64,000 nucleotides of DNA, from contig MU057724.1 of the NCBI GenBank assembly GCA_013265495.1, forward strand, positions 1 through 64,000. Reading direction: 5' to 3'. The first letter of the stretch is position 1; the number at the start of each line of letters is the position of its first letter. A program made the translations under genes and the position numbers. Below the pieces are notes generated by a model that saw only the letters and a list, made by a program, of their open reading frames with translations, searched no databases and was not told where the DNA came from. Source of the stretch: Vicugna vicugna. Taxonomy: Eukaryota. Of the stretch, positions 23,821-36,440 are shown piece after piece.

Positions 23821-25074
23821 AGAAAAACTATAATATATCTATATTTTATAATATTTTTCTATCATTAAAAGTTATGTTTTTGAGGACTTTTTATCATTGA
23901 TATGGTAAAAATGTTTATGAGAGAATGCCGAGTGAAAAAGGCAAAATACCAAACATGCAGTAAAATCTTGACTCAGGGGTCCCAAAGGATCACTGATAGT
24001 CCTGAGACTGCCATCAAACCCCATGGAGTAAACCATATGTAACTAGACCAGGAAGTGTGGTGCCATGACCCAAAGATTTCAGTTGACCTTTCAATATGTG
24101 AAAAGGACCAGTAACCGTTCATCTCTTTGAACTTCCTCAGTGTGGAAGCAGAGTCTTCTGTGATAGCATTTCCTACTTGTTATTGTCACATTGTACTATG
24201 TTTCTTAAAAGCTGTTCTTAGTATTCACTTTTTATTCAGTGACTGAACTACCTGTTACTTCATGTTCCTGGCTTTTAAAAGCATCTCATTTCTTTTGAGA
24301 AAGGTAGAATTCCTGTGTGTAGCTGCATATCACAGGTTACCTGTCTTTATAATTGTCAGGTTTTGTGTGGTATTTCACAAGCAGGTTCTGTACTGATAAT
24401 AAAGCTTTCAATAAAGTTAGCTTCAGGAATTCCTTTTTCTCGTTTTGAATAGAAAGAGTAACAGATTTGTCCTCGCATTGATTATTGCCATCACTGAATT
24501 AAAAAGTTAGTATTTTACTCTTAAGTGTAAGAAAGTTTTCTAATTAGTAAATATCAGTTTCTTAGAACTTAAAATTTTTTTCTTGGCTAGTTTTTGGGGA
24601 AATATTCTGTCAGCTAAGGATATATTTATCCTTTGAAAGCTGCTGTAAACAACCACATCTGTTTGAAAGACTTAATGCTGCATGGTGGAGATGTTGGGTG
24701 GTTGGCTGGCTGACTCAGCTAAGTGAAAACTTGCATACAGGCTTTGTATTGCTTACAATTCAAATTTATACCTTGTTAAAATTATAAACTGGTATGACAG
24801 ACTTTTCAGGGTAGCACTTGAATAGTAAAGTATAGTTATAAGAATTCAGTGGCAAGCATCCATAATTCTCCAAAACGTAAACAGTGTGTCCCTGGGTGGT
24901 ATGATTATTGAGACGTTTATTTTCTTTGCTATATTTATTTCAAAATTTAAAAAAGGAGAAATACAACAATCATTGGCTTTTCCTTCAAAGAAGAAAAAGA
25001 GTCAGTTCACGTATATTGAACACATACTAGGCCTTATATTATACGGTTGCTTTATATTATATGTATATACATTG

Positions 25075-25320
25075 GAACAAAAATACTGTAGACTGGGGGG
25101 CTGAAACAACAAAAGTTTATTTCTGACAGTTCTGGAGGCTATCTGCGGAGGGCCCGCTTCCTGGTTCACAGAGAACTGTCTTCTCACTGTGTCCTCACAT
25201 GATGGAGGGGTGAGGGGTCTCTGTAGCACTAATCTCTTCATGAGGGCCTCACTTGAAGGCCCCACTTCCAAATGCATCACATTGGGGATTAGGTTTCAGC
25301 ATTCAGTTTATAGCAATACA
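25075..25320 (-). mobile_element. MaLR LTR fragment (MLT1A-type)
   Basis: aaaatactgtagactggggg..tttatttctgacagttctggaggct..cattggggattaggtttcagcat. Confidence 0.75.
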
Positions 25321-25859
25321 TTTTCCAGTTGAGCCTTAAAACAGTCTTGTGAAGTTGATGCTATTCTGCCCAGTTTTCAGAGGGGAAACTGTTAGAAGAG
25401 GTGTATGACTGTGGGCAAATTATTATGTAGTAAACAAGGCAGCTGTGAAACCTTGCCACAGAAGTATTCAGTTGTTGTTTGAATGCCTCAGAATCTACAT
25501 AGATAGATTGCTTTCTTATATTGGAAGAAACATACAAATGCACTGAACTTTCAAAGATACGGTTGTCGAAAAGAGTAGACCTTGGCTTGCGTTGTGTTTA
25601 AAAAATCCAAAACCTCTTCCATGTAGTTCTTCATCTAGTACACTTGTTTTTATTAATAGTCATGTATATTAAAACATAGCATATTACATTGTCATTGGAA
25701 AGTGACTTAAAAAATGGATTTCTCCAAGCAGGCATTGGGAGGCCTGTAGTGTGGGAATTATGGTCTGCCTAATCATAGCAGTGTTCTCTGTGGCCTTAAG
25801 TCCTGCCACTTTTCTTCCTTTCTTTTCCTCATTATAGGAGCAAAGATTTAATTATTTTC

Positions 25860-28800
25860 TTTGTTTTCTTCTCAATCTATATCTGTTCCAAATACTGACA
25901 ACTGTTAAATCCTTTTCTTAACCTGGTTGCTGTCCTGAATTCCATGTGGGTTTCTAGCTGCCTGATGGACATCTTTGTGTGGATGTCCTAAAGTTACTGC
26001 AAGTCCAAGAGTCCCAAGTCCTGCCCTCTTCAAACCTAGGCTCATCCTCTTCATATGTTTTTGGTCTTAGTTCATGGCTTTTTTTTTTCACTGCCTGGAT
26101 CTATTTCATTATCAGGTCATGCAGATTTGGCCTCAAAACCACAGCCTCCCTACCACTTCTGCCCTAAATTGGGCCCTTTTGCCTTGACTGTTTTATTTCA
26201 GTTGCTGCATAACTGATTTCTTAGCTTATGTCTTTTTATTAGATTTATCTTAATAAACATTATGACCTTATCAGTCATTTATTGAAACGCTTTCAGTGGT
26301 TCCCCATTGCTTGAAGGTCGAGGTCCGTGTAACTGGACCTTCACAGTTTAGCCTCAGGCTTTTAAAATGAATGGGGCAGAGTATACACCGTATGATTCTG
26401 TTTATATAAAACTCTAGAAAATGCAGATGATTCTGTAGTGAGAATGCAGGTTAGTGGTTTATTGGGGATGAGGGTGGAGAAGATGGATGGATTACAGTGG
26501 GACAAGGGGAAGTTCTGGGAGTGATGGAAATGTTTATTATCTTGATTATAGTAAGAGTTTCACAGGAGTGTACACATGTCAAAACTGGTCAAATTGAATA
26601 CTTTAAATATGTCTAGTTTAGTATGGTTAAGTTATATACGTCAATGAAATTGATAATATATTTTTCACAGTACAAGAATGGTGTAGGTTTATGTGCTCAT
26701 GAAATAACATTCAGAATACTTTGTTAAATAACGAAAACAGGATATAGAATAATTATATAGAAAAATGGAAGGAATGTGTATTTATATGAACTATCTCAGA
26801 AATGATAGGAAATTCTTTCTGTATAACCTTATATGCTGTTTTGAGTTTTGATCCATGAACATACACTGCTTGCGTTAAAAATGTTTTAAAGGACATTTTA
26901 CAGTTCTATCCAGAATGTAGTAAGAACTTCTACAAAACAGTAATGAAAAGATAAAGAGCCCATTTAAATCAGGTGAAGAATAAGAAAGGAAAACCTGAAT
27001 GGCTAATAAGCATGTGAAAAGATGCTCAGTCTCACTGGTCGTGTGGGAAGTACAAATTATTAAATGAGATACTACATTTTCATCAAATTACAAAAAAAAA
27101 ATAAGGGGGGGGTCTGACACTGCCTAATGTCAGGAATGTGGATCAATAGAATTAGTTGCTGTTGGAATGTAAACTGGTACAGCCGTTTTGTTGTAATTTT
27201 AGTAAGTTCTGGTAAACCTGAAGATGTTCGTGTTTTATGACCCCACAAGTCTGCTCTTAAATATCCTTGTTTTTGTTTTTCAAAATGTGGCTTTTGACCC
27301 ATTAGTGGATGCTATAATTGACTCATTTACTTTTAGAAATATAGTGGAATAAAATAGACTACATAAGAATGTATGGCAGTTTGTAACAGTATTTTTTGTG
27401 AAACTTTAGGTTCAGATTTATTAGTATACATGTGTTGGATCACAGTCATATGTTTTGCTGTGATTCTTGACCAGAAAGTTTGAAAGTGACTGTTCAGAGG
27501 AATTTTCACATATGCCCCAAAGAAGATATGTACAAGAACATTTATTGTAGTATTGTTTACAAGAGAAAATATTTGGAAAGTAACCTAATTTTATATGGAT
27601 GCATGCAAATTGTGGTATGCTTACATAGTAGAGAGCTATAGTTATCATCATGGAAATGTTGAGGAAGTAATAAGCCAGTTTGCTGAAGGATACATCTAGT
27701 TTGACACTACATTACGTGAAGTTTGTCAACATACAGAACTGTAGTACATATTGATAATGGAACAACCTTGGAGAGGAGGAAGGTGTTCTCTAGACAGGTC
27801 CTGAGATAGTGGCAGTTTGCACCATCATTCCCGGCAGTGCAGCCATGGAAATGTGCACTCAGATCTGCTGTTGAGAGGAACATAGTTGATTAATGGCCCT
27901 AACTGCCATCCGTCAGGATCCACTGTTGTGTTGTGGGCTCCTGGACCTTAGTACTGCTTAGTATTGGGAGCATCAGAATTATCCCACCAGAGGGGCAAGG
28001 AAGCTGGAGTATTTATATACAGGTTCCTGCATTCATTGGCTGAAGGCTGCTCCTTGGTGGAGTCAGGGGATAGGAAAATTTTCTAGTTCTTACAGACTGC
28101 TGCACAGGTGGAAAAAATGGACTCCAGCAGCCAGATGAAGCCCTGCTCTAAAGAAGTGGGGGTGCTGGAAGTTGGAAATAGGAACAGTATCACTGATGAC
28201 ATAGGAGAGGAGATGTGAGTAGGGCACTGCAGAGTCAGCTACGTAGTTAAAATGAGCCATGTACATTGAATAACAATGGAGGAGGGAAGACTTATACCAT
28301 AATTAGGAATTTTATAACTATTACTTAGCTCTACAGAAAGTCTCCCTTATATAACTCATGAGACTAATATTATTTGCCTCTCATGCATGTTTGTAGAAAT
28401 GGAACATATGTGGTGGGTGGATACTTATTCGATAGGAGAGTTGTAATTTAACTCAGTGGGAAGCATTGATTATAATTCAGGTCTATCTTGAATCCCTTTC
28501 CCAGTTCAGAGTGAGAGATGTTTTTGATTTAGGAAACAGTTTTGCCTATAAGCATGATTCCACCAGTTCTGTGCAACAGAGGTCTGCTAGTTCTTAAGTA
28601 AAGGCAGCCAAACTCATAATTAATAGCAGCAGCTAATATTACAAGTGCTTCTAATGTTGTGGGGCTCTCTTCTAAGTGCTTTACTACACACATTAGCTTC
28701 TTTAAACCTCACAATAACTCTGTGAGGTGGGAGCCATTATCATTCCTATTTTCCAGATAAGTATTCTAAAACACAGAGAGATTAAGTAATTTTCCTATGG

Positions 28801-29090
28801 TTATAAAGTACTCAGTGATTGAACTTGGATTCTGACTCAGGCACTCTGGCTTCAAAACTGTGGTCTTGGCCATTTTGTTATAGTATCAATAATAGTAATA
28901 GCGATGATAACATTAATAACAACACAGTAAACCTGAGTTATTATATGTCAGGCACTTTGCTAAGTGTTGGTCATGTCATGCAGATGTTGTTATTAGCCCC
29001 ATTTTATAGATGGGGCAGCGGAGACATGGCTAGTAAGTGGCAGAATGAGGTTCTAACTCATGTAGTCTGATTGCAAATTCTCTTAATTAC
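25860..29090. mobile_element. Cluster of ancient L2, L1ME, hAT, MLT1 and MIR fragments (boundaries approximate)
   Basis: L2-like at about 25860-26360, L1ME-like at 26370-27750, MLT1-like at 27800-28240, MIR-like at 28620-29090 (cctcacaataactctgtgaggtggg..attatcattcctattttccagat). Confidence 0.5.
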
Positions 29091-32000
29091 TTACATTCCT
29101 TGGAGTATTGCATAGCTGCATAACAGTTTGGAGGAAAAGGATGATGGAAATCAAAGACCATGACTTCTGTTCATAATGTCTCCTTTTAGGACATTTGACA
29201 ATTGTAGTTGATTATTGATGTGACTTTCCCTATTGTTCGGTATTGCTGTCTGGGTTTTCACAATTTATTTTATCACTGTCTTCGAAGAACGGGATTCCTA
29301 CAGAGGGCAGCAGAGATACAGCAGTGACTTTTATGTACGTAACGTACATTTTTCAGGAAGTGTGAAGAAAATTGGTATTAGGTGAGCTTTGTTATGTAAT
29401 TCTCTTGTACTTTATGCTGTGACTCCTGTGCCAATACAGGCTAGTAGACTTACAAACATCACATAACCCAAGTGGGCTTTTGTTGAAGGTGTGCAACAGA
29501 AGCTGGCTGGCACAAAAGAGATCTGAATGTAATTCATGTAGTTATAAAGAGAAAGCAGATGTGACTTTCAAATCTGAAATATGGATTCATTGTTGTAAAA
29601 CATGTTTTCTTTGTACTTTTAACAGTAGAGGCAGAACACATGATTCAGTATCTCACAAAAGATGGAATATGGAAAAGTTTTAAACAAAATTAGAATAAGC
29701 AAAATTTTATCCTCCTATGTGATATATAATATAAATAAAGGAAAGTGATCTGGCAACTTCAAAAGTATTTCTCAATTTAATGAGCATATTTGTAATTATT
29801 TTTATTTGTTTATATGGAAATTTGAAAAGTAGTACATTTAATTTCACTTTTAATCTGTTTTACTGATGAATTATAGTGAAGTGGTATGACTAAATGTGTA
29901 CTAATTGTTAATGCCTAAGAACTGTCCAATGTATAGAGCTGAAGGAATTTAATTATGACCAGAAACACACATTTTAGAAATCCTGTCTAAAATATAATTA
30001 TGTTTCTATAAAAGCTAACCATTTAATGCTTGTAAAGGGAAGTCTGGAGTTTTTAGTCATGATTTTGTTTGATTATATTTTAAACATTTCTTTATAGAAA
30101 CATTACACTTAAGAGAAAAGTCCATACTCCAGTGTGTTCTCATGGTAAAAAAGGAGGACTGTTAGAAGTTGTATTGAAGAGTAGGTATTTTTTGGTTGTT
30201 ATTTTATATTATAATTTTGTGTGCGTGTATCAGTGATCTATCTGTTCATGATCTCATAACATTATAGCATGTTTTGGGTTTTATTCTCTTTAAGAAAGTG
30301 AATATGTGCCAATATCATTTGTGGCATCTGTTTCAGAACTTACATCCTTATTTTTCCACATCTCCTTTCTTAATTGTCTCACCTTTAGCTTACGACACAC
30401 TAAGACAGGGACTTTGTGAGTATTTCTTAGTATAAATCTTTCTCCTGTTTCAGTGTCACCCTGTTATTCTATTTCCCTTCATTTTCCTCTTTCTCCTTCT
30501 TACTTTCAGTTCCCAAATATGTCTGTTTTCTGGTATAAGGAGTAGAATAGAAAAAGGACTGCTGTAGGAATTACTGTTACAACTATATAAATTAAAAAGT
30601 AATGATATAAGCCATCCCAGTGTGACTTTTATAGTCCTCTAGTTTTCTAACAAAAAAAATAAATCCTTAGGAGCTCCACTTTCAATAATACAGAGTAGCA
30701 TGTGTCAGATTACTTTTCTTGCAAATGACAGTGGCAAATTTTAGACATACAAAGTATGTTAAATATATTTCTGAAATATATATTTAAAAATATGAAAAGA
30801 ATATAAAAATATTTGAAGACACAGAAGGACAGAGCTGGAAGAAACTGGAGGGAATTAATATTTGGAAGATGAGAATGGCACAAAGAGTTTTCCATTTTTT
30901 ATTACTTTTTGCCTGAGTGCAGTCTCCCATCAGTGTTCAGGGTGGTTAAATTTGGATAGAAATCACAACACAGTTGCGGTGACTATAGAAGCTTAAAAGA
31001 GTGTAAAGTAGGGCCTGCCAGAAGAAGGTACCCCAAATTATGAATATAAATCTTACAGGATATAAGAACTACAGCTATCACTTGCTTTTAACTACATAGG
31101 AGAAAGCAGTCTGGAGAATACAGCCAAGTTAACTGCTTTTTAAGCAAAAAAGTAAATGCTCTTCAGAAAAGCATAGTAGGATCCAGCATCTAAAATGTAT
31201 CACTCACAATGTCCAGGATACAATCTGTATTTATTGAACAAACATACACATATACACGCAAACCCAGAAAAGTGTGACCTATACTTAAGTGAAAAGGCAG
31301 TTAATTAAGACAGACCCTGATATGATTCACATTTAGTGTTATTATTAACATAGTTGTGTTTACATTCATTGTTTCACTTTTTATGTTTTATGTATTCAAG
31401 GATTTTTCTTCCCCTGTCCTTTCTGATTTCTTTTGAATTTAAGCAGTATTTTCTTTTGTACCTTTTAATCCCTTTCATGACTTTTTAACTGTATCTTTTT
31501 TAGTTAGATGCTCAGAGATTGCTCTAAAGCCTAACTTGTATATCTTAATTTAGCTGAATTTACCAGTGGGATACGGAAACATTATTTCTATCTAACTCTA
31601 TTCCCTCTTAGTCCTCTTCCTGTTATTACTGTTACACATATTATATCTGTATATGTTATAAGCCTATTAATAGATTGTTTTATATATATAACTATATATA
31701 ATAATTGTATCTAATATTATATACAAGTATATGTATAATTACTATAATTTTATGTTCTTTATGGAAGTAGAGAGAAGTAGAGCAAGTATATATTTATAGA
31801 ATGTTATATGATCTTTTTTATTTATCATTTCTTGTCCTGTTTATTTGTTCCCATGGAATCACATTAACATCTGGTGACATTTCCTTGGTTTACTACAGCT
31901 TTGTTCCCACCTGCCTTTTTATATTATTGACAGATATATTCCTATATGTTATCGGTCCAAGAATACAGTTACGTATGTGCTGTTTTATGCAATTGGTTTT

Positions 32001-34367
32001 TAAATCAGTTAAGAGAAAGAACACACATTGTACTTTTTAAAACTTAGGTAATTACTTTGACACTTTTTTTGTGTGGGTTTGTGTGGGTTCTGAGATCACT
32101 TACTTTCAACCTTAAAAACTTTAGTTAGTATATTTTACAAGGTGGGTCTGATTCTGTTGATCAGTTACTGTGTTCTGGGGATATCTTATTTTGCCTACAT
32201 TTTTGATAGTTACCCTGTATATAAAAAATTGATTGAGAGGTTTTTTTTTTAATTCAGCACTTTGAATATGTCATCTCCCTGCCTCTGGTTTCCATTGTTT
32301 CTGATGAAAAGTCAGCTATTAATCTTATGAAGATTCCCTTGTACATGATAAGTTAATTTTCCTCTTGTTGCTTTAGGATTTTGTTTCTTTTAACATTTCC
32401 ATTATGATGTGTCTGGGTGTGGATCCCTTTGTGTTTATCCAACTTGGAGTGTCTTGAGCTTCTTACACATATAGATTTATGTTTTTCGTTAAACTTGAGA
32501 GATTTATAGCCATTATTCTTGGACTGTTTTTTCTGCTGCTTCCTCTCTTTTCTCTCTCTTTATATTCCCCTTACATGTATGTTGGTGCATTTAATAGTAT
32601 CCCACATTTCTTAGTGAGTTTGTTTATTTTCATCTTTATCTCTGTTCTTCATATTGTATGATCTCTATTGAAGTTCATAAATTTCTTCTTTCAGTTTATA
32701 TCTACTATTAAGCTATTCTGGTGAATTTTTCATTTTAGTTATTGAACTTTTCATACTCAAGATGTTCATTTGGTTCTGTTGTCATACCTATCTTTACACT
32801 TTAAAAAATGAGATGTAATTCAAATGCAAAAATTTACCCATTAAAAATGTACAATTAAATGGTGTTTAGTTTCATTCAAAAGGTTGTGCAACTATCACCA
32901 CCTTCTGATTCCAGAATATTTATCATCTCAGAAAGAAACCCTGCATTGATTAGCAGTCAGTCCCATTTAACCTCTTTCACACCCACTAAAACTTTCTAAT
33001 CTATATTCAGTCTCCATGGATTTTCCTGTTCTAAACTTTTGGTATAAGTGGAGTCATAAATATGTGGTCTTTTGTGTCTGGATTTTTTTCATGAAGTATA
33101 ATGTTTTCATCCATGTTGTAGTACATATCAGTATTTCATCCCTTTTTATGACTGAGTAATATGCACAGGTATACCACTTTTAAAATCCATTCATCCGTTG
33201 GTAGACATTTGGATTTTTTCCACCTTTTGGCTGTCATGAATACTGCTTCTCTGTAATTAAACCACAAGTTTTTATGTTAACATGTTTTCAGTTCTCTTAC
33301 GTATATACCTAGAACTGCTGGATTATATGGTCATTCTGTGTTTAACTTTTTGGGGGACTGTCAGACTGCTTTCCAAGGTGGCTGCACCACTTTACATTGC
33401 CACTACCAGTTTATGAGGTTGCCACTTTCTCCATATCCTTGTCAACACAGCCATCTCCCCTGTTTTTTGTTTTTTTTTAAATAGTAGCCATCCTCATGGA
33501 TGTGAAGTAGTGTCTCATTTCGGTTTTTTGATTTGCATTTCTGTAATGACTAATAATATTGAGCATTTTTTCATGTGCTTATTGGCCATTTGTGTATTTT
33601 CTGTGTAATTTCTCTATTCAGTTTCTTTATTCTCTATTTCACTGTTCATTTGAATTTCTGTTCAAATCTCTTACCCATTTTTCATTTGGCTTGTTTGGAT
33701 TTTCACTGTTGAGATATAAGAGTTCTGTATATACTGTGAATATAAGTTTTATTACATACTTTTTTTGGAAATATTTTCTCCCATATGTGAGTTATCTTTT
33801 CACTTTCTTGATACTGCTCTTGGTTGCACAAAGGTTTTTATTTTGAAAAAATCTAGTTTACTTGTTTTTCTTTGGTTCATTGTGCTTTCTATGTCATAAG
33901 TAGAAAAACTGTAATATGTTGTGAAGATTTACACCTATATTTTCTTTTAAGAGTTTTTATAGTTTCACCTTTTATTTATTTATTTATTTATTTATTTTTT
34001 ACTTTTTGGAGCATTTATTGATAAGACTCTTTACGTAGCCAGTATGGGACTTTAGACATATATCCGCATAGTCACTGATGCTGTGCTTTGTCTTCCGATC
34101 CTTATTTCATCACCCTAAAACCTCACCACCCTTTCACAGAAATTGCTGCTCACACTTTCAGTGGAAGCAAATTGCTTGGGTGGTCTTGACAGCAAATGAC
34201 TATGAGCTAATAAATTATTCTATTACTGATATTAGCCTGATTACTGGGAGTGCTACTCATTTTATAGAATTAAAATGTTTCTGCCTTCCAAAAAAACCAA
34301 AAGAAATTTACAGATTTTTTTAGTTGTCTTCAAGAAGGTTATAATGCAAGTCACATTATTTCCTCTT

Positions 34368-34488
34368 TTTTTCATTAAAGTCTAGTTAGTTTACAATGTT
34401 GTGTCAATTTCTGGTGTATGGCATAATGTTTCATAATACATATATACACATAGTTTTTCTTATTCTTTTTCATTATAGGTTACTATAA
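34368..34488 (-). mobile_element. Short young L1 3' end with 10-bp TSD
   Basis: tttacaatgttgtgtcaatttctggtgta..tattctttttcattataggttacta. TSD atttcctctt at 34358-34367 and 34489-34498. Confidence 0.8.
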
Positions 34489-34635
34489 ATTTCCTCTTAC
34501 AGATGATGGGATTTATTTTCTAGAAGTCATCATAATTAATATTATTGACACTTGAGTTCCCCATCTTTTACAGTATTATTCTATCTGCTAAAACATATAC
34601 ATTAAATTTAAAATACTGCTTTGTTATATTTAAAA

Positions 34636-34754
34636 TTTTTTTTAGATTTTTTTTTACATTTTTTATTGATTCATAATCATTTTACAGTGTTGTGTCAAAT
34701 TCCAGTGTTCAGCACAATTTTTCAGTCATTCATGGACATATACACACTTATTAA
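34636..34754 (-). mobile_element. Short young L1 3' end with poly(A), possible head of a 3' transduction
   Basis: Poly-T followed by acattttttattga..ttttacagtgttgtgtcaaattccagtgttcagcacaat, an antisense L1 terminus. Confidence 0.75.
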
Positions 34755-35163
34755 ATATTGATGTATGATCCTTTTTGAGTTAAGTTTTCAGTTGGTGTTA
34801 GTTGGAGCCAAATTTATTCTTTTTTCATGTGAATAAACAATTGTCCCAGCACCATGGGTTTAAAGACTGTTCTTTCTCCATTTAAAGGTCATGGTATCCT
34901 TGTCAAAAATTAGTTGACCATATATGTATGGGTTTATTTCTGGATTGTAAATTCTTTTTCATTGATCTGTATGTCTGTCCTTTTGCCAATTCCATCGTAT
35001 CTTGATTACTGTAGGTTTGTAGTAGATTTTGAAATTGAGGTTAGAGTTCCCTCACTCTGTTTTGCTTTTTCAAGATTGTTTTACCTGTTCTGGATCTCTT
35101 GCATTTCCATAGGTATTTTAAAATAAGCTTTTCCATTTCTTATTCTTCTGCCCCACCCCTTCC

Positions 35164-36185
35164 ATGGGTGGGAGAACCTGTTTCCTCCTCATGGTGTTGG
35201 TGTGTGGGAAACAGAGGTGCATTCCACATTAAAGGAGATCACACTCTACTAAAGATCTACCAGTGGTCGTGGCCTGAAGATTTCAGGAGAGGAGATGGTT
35301 AGAAGATGTGTTGTTCTACTTTCATGCTAGGAAATTCCTGATAGTAAGTTTAACATAACCAGGAAGCAAATTATTCACTCATTCTTGCACTGGTGAAGAC
35401 TTGAAGTCTTAAAATAAACAAACAAAATCTAACAACCTTTGAGCGAGTCACTGGAAGCTAGTGTTCATAGGCATTACAGTGGAAGAAATGTGTCATCAGT
35501 AATGATGTAGCCACATTAACTAAATGTTGTCAAGGAACCACAGGAGATGTCTGTTGTTTCAATACCACCATGTCCTAAGAGCTATAGCATTGGGAGCAGT
35601 AACTGTTGTTACCTTTTCCTTGGATGGGAATTATGAAATTAGTTAGGAATAACACACGTGACAGTAAAAAACAGAGAGATGGTGACTATATGACACTGTG
35701 AGAATGTTAATGCGCATGAGTAGACACTAAATACATACTTAGGATCTGTTTTCTATTCCATATTCAAAAGCTTCATTGATAGATCACTATAGCTCTCATG
35801 GGTCCATGGGAGTTTTGTAAAATCACATTATTTATCCACAAAAATTGTTTACCCAGGACTTCCACATACCCTAGGGGTAGCTCTGCTCAAGGTTACATTA
35901 GTAGGTGGAGTCCCAGTTGTTGGTGGGATGTCAGAGTAAGGGATGGAAGAGTAATATCAAGAGTAAAGGACAGAATGAGTAATATCAGTTGAGCTTGCAT
36001 TGTTTTGCTTTAGAGAACAGTATTACTTATAGTGTATCTTCATGGATGAATGGGCACTATGAGGACATTGAGTGAAAATTTTCCGTAACTGGATCTCTGA
36101 ACCTTGTCTCAGGATAACTGCCTCTGAGGGGCCTGAACTGTGTAGAGAACAGGGACTATAGTGTTGACAGAAATAATTAAAACCT
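35164..36185 (+). pseudogene. Endogenous filovirus-like nucleoprotein (NP) element, decayed with multiple frameshifts and stops
   Basis: Manual three-frame translation gives motifs in the same order as recalled ebolavirus NP: FLLMV (35182) vs FLLML; KGDHTL (35231) vs QGDYKL; GRGLKI (35265) vs GHGFRF; WLEDVL (35296) vs RLEELL; GITHVTVKNREMVTI (35646) vs VLDHILQKTERGVRL; FK..LIDHYSSHG (35763-35802) vs FKAALSSLAKHG; YPGLPHTLGVALLKVTLVGGVPV (35850) vs [24 protein letters not shown]; E*YQE*R (35949) vs EQYQQLR; LTEII (36164) vs LTEAI. Confidence 0.8.
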
Positions 36186-36440
36186 TTCATGGACAGGACT
36201 TACACATTTAACACAAATAAACACTAAAGTAATTTCAAGTATAATGTTTGTTCTTCATTTCTAATTTAATTGTTATTTATAAGAAATGGTTCACCACTTG
36301 TAATTAGTAGTGGACACAAAATCATGGGATTACATTTTTGGAACCTTAGAAATTTTGTTAGTGCTTTTTTTTAAAACAAAAAGACAAAAATATTTGAGAT
36401 TGTGCTTTGATAAGACCACTCTTTGTGTCTAAATATCAGG

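Larger units (their letters stand above)
31330..35140 (-). mobile_element. Antisense L1 composite: older ORF1/inter-ORF segment (31330-32790) and an L1MB-like 3' UTR plus ORF2 end (32800-35140) carrying nested insertions
   Basis: Standard antisense L1 motifs (catttgcatttct..gagcattttttcatgtgcttattggccatttgtg; ttgtcccagcaccat..ttgaccatatatgtatgggtttatttctgga). Confidence 0.8.

Noticed and set aside
35400..36000. Minus-strand signal-peptide-like ORF (MQAQLILLILSF...) and Cys-rich pieces suggesting a viral glycoprotein (bornavirus G or filovirus GP)
   Set aside because: Only scattered weak matches. The plus strand gives a much longer collinear match to NP, so these are antisense artefacts.
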